Below are positions 62,515-64,000 of a stretch of 64,000 nt of DNA, in pieces (within the stretch, counting starts at the first letter, position 1; each line of letters begins with the position of its first letter). The position numbers and the translations under genes are program-made. The DNA lies in assembly GCF_036321535.1 (NCBI RefSeq), contig NC_087436.1, positions 118,050,001 to 118,114,000 of the forward strand, in the 5' to 3' direction. The notes under the pieces are model-generated. The model was not told the DNA's origin, searched no databases, and was given only the letters and a program-made list of their open reading frames with translations. Source of the stretch: Camelus dromedarius (taxonomy: Eukaryota).

Positions 62515-64000
62515 TCCCTTCATTTTCACTCTGTGTGTATTCTTACATTTGAAATGAGTCTGTAGGAGGCAGCATAGAGATGGGTCTCGGTTTTTTTATC
62601 CACATTTCAGCACCTTGAATATACCATGCCACTCCCTTCTGGCTGTCAGAGTTTCTGCTAAAAAATCTGCTGATAGTTTCATGAGGGTTCCTGTGTACAT
62701 AACAAGTTGTTTTTCCCTTTTTGCCTTTATGACTTTGTCTTTAGCTTTTGACATTTTAATTATAATGTGTCTTGGTGTGGGTCTGTTTGGGTTAATCTTG
62801 TTTAAAACTCTCTGGGCTTCCTGAATGTGCTCTGTTTCCTTCTCCAGGTTAGGGAAGTTTTCAGCCATTATTCCTTCAAATAAGTCATCTACCCCTTTCT
62901 CTCTCTGCTCTTCCTGGGAACTCTATGTCATTCCACTGGATGTTGTCTCATAGGTTCCTTAAGCTATCTTCACTGTTTGAAATTCTTTTTTCTTTTTGCT
63001 GCTCTGTTTGAGTTCCAGTGACCTGTCTTCTGGATCACTGATTCTTTCTTTGCCTCATCTAGTCTGCTTTTGAACCCCTCTAGTGTATTTTTCAGCCCAG
63101 TTACTGTATTCTTTATCTCTGTGACTTATATTTGGTACTTTCTTATGTTTTCTGTCTCTGTTGAAGTTCTATGGTCATATATTCTTCTCCTGAGGTCAGT
63201 GAGCCTCTTAATGACCAATATTTTGAACTCCTTTTCAGGTAAATTAGTTATTTCCATTTCATTAAGGGTTTTTTCCCCCCTCTGGTTTTTATCTTTTCTT
63301 TTTATTAGGAATATATTCCTTTCTCTCCTCATTTTGCTTGACTCTCTGTGTCTGTCTCTATGTTTTAGACAAATCAGCTGTCTTTCCTAGTCTTCAAGTA
63401 GTTGCCTTTTATAGGAGATCAACCTTACTGTTTAACCCTACCCCAGCTCTTGGCTGTATCCTGAACCTTTGTGATTGTCTTACTTAGCACACTGATTTAT
63501 TCTTGGTAGTTCCCAGTTGTTGAAGTTATGCCAAGACCTGTGGATGTTTCAGAGGGTGGGATCTCTGTTAGCCCTTAGTTTCCGTCTGATTCGAAGCTAG
63601 ACCTGCAGGCAGCAGCTTTTAAGGGATGCAGATATATATAGTACCGTGGGACCACAATTGTAAACCCTGCTGACCTCCATAGCAGGCGATCTAGGGGTGT
63701 CCTGTTGATGATAGTTGCAAAAATTGGGGCTTCAGATGTGTGCTTGAGCTCCTTGCTGGGAGGAACCAGTGAGCTGTAGCCCACGTTCCCTGAGAGCACT
63801 TACACAACCTCTAGATGTGTGGAACACCAGAAGCCTGCCCCTCAGGCTGAAGCTCCAAGACAGGTAAATAGGCCTTTTTACAGGAAGACTGGGGTGCATT
63901 GCAGTTGGCTGTCTGTACAGTGACTAGAGTGTGGGAGCCTGCTAAGAATAGTCTCTCTGGTTGTTTCAGAACCATGGGGCCACCAGAGCAGGTACTCAAG
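62515..64000 (-). mobile_element. L1 5' part: start of ORF2 endonuclease, ORF1 relic and 5' UTR
   Basis: ORF-track 62596-62868 (-) MAENFPNLEKE..IQEAQRV..KINPNRPTPRHIIIKMSK..LSADF..ETL.ARREW..IFKVLK is clear L1 ORF1p. 63126-63332 resembles the ORF1 N-terminus (LPEKEFKI). Confidence 0.88.

Larger units (their letters stand above)
59136..64000 (+). other. STK32B: Start of STK32B intron 2
   Basis: Begins with GT donor at 59136. No VCIVQK-encoding exon 3 seen before the window ends; mostly antisense L1. Confidence 0.8.

Overview
This is mammalian genomic DNA, most likely camelid (alpaca/vicuna/camel), judged from three tRNA-derived SINEs that resemble the camelid Vic-1 family and from the lineage-type L1 3' ends. 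The only supportable coding feature is a 56-nt internal exon at 59080-59135 (+) encoding (V)NFDHFQILRAIGKGSFGK, which matches exon 2 of the AGC kinase STK32B (YANK2). The rest is intron: the 3' ~59 kb of intron 1 and the first ~5 kb of intron 2. It is dense in transposon relics (L1, L2, MIR, MaLR/ERV solo LTRs, Tigger/hAT elements), many nested and several with target-site duplications (TSDs) still readable. Almost all ORFs in the supplied track are chance or repeat-derived. I found no new protein-coding system. The most unusual structures are: (1) a near-perfect 5.3 x 60-bp CpG-containing minisatellite plus an ~80-bp orphan fragment inserted into an L2, carrying 12 GTGAGT (5' splice site-like) and 11 GCGTG motifs; (2) a 256-bp ERV-LTR derivative with a U5 end at both termini (55-bp inverted repeats) and one 4-bp TSD; (3) a tail-less ~770-bp young L1 reverse-transcriptase fragment inserted with an 11-bp direct repeat into the homologous region of an old L1; (4) several repeat-free, homeobox-motif-rich blocks that are candidate conserved enhancers. 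Repeat family names come from recall of consensus sequences, not from a search, and boundaries without a TSD are approximate.
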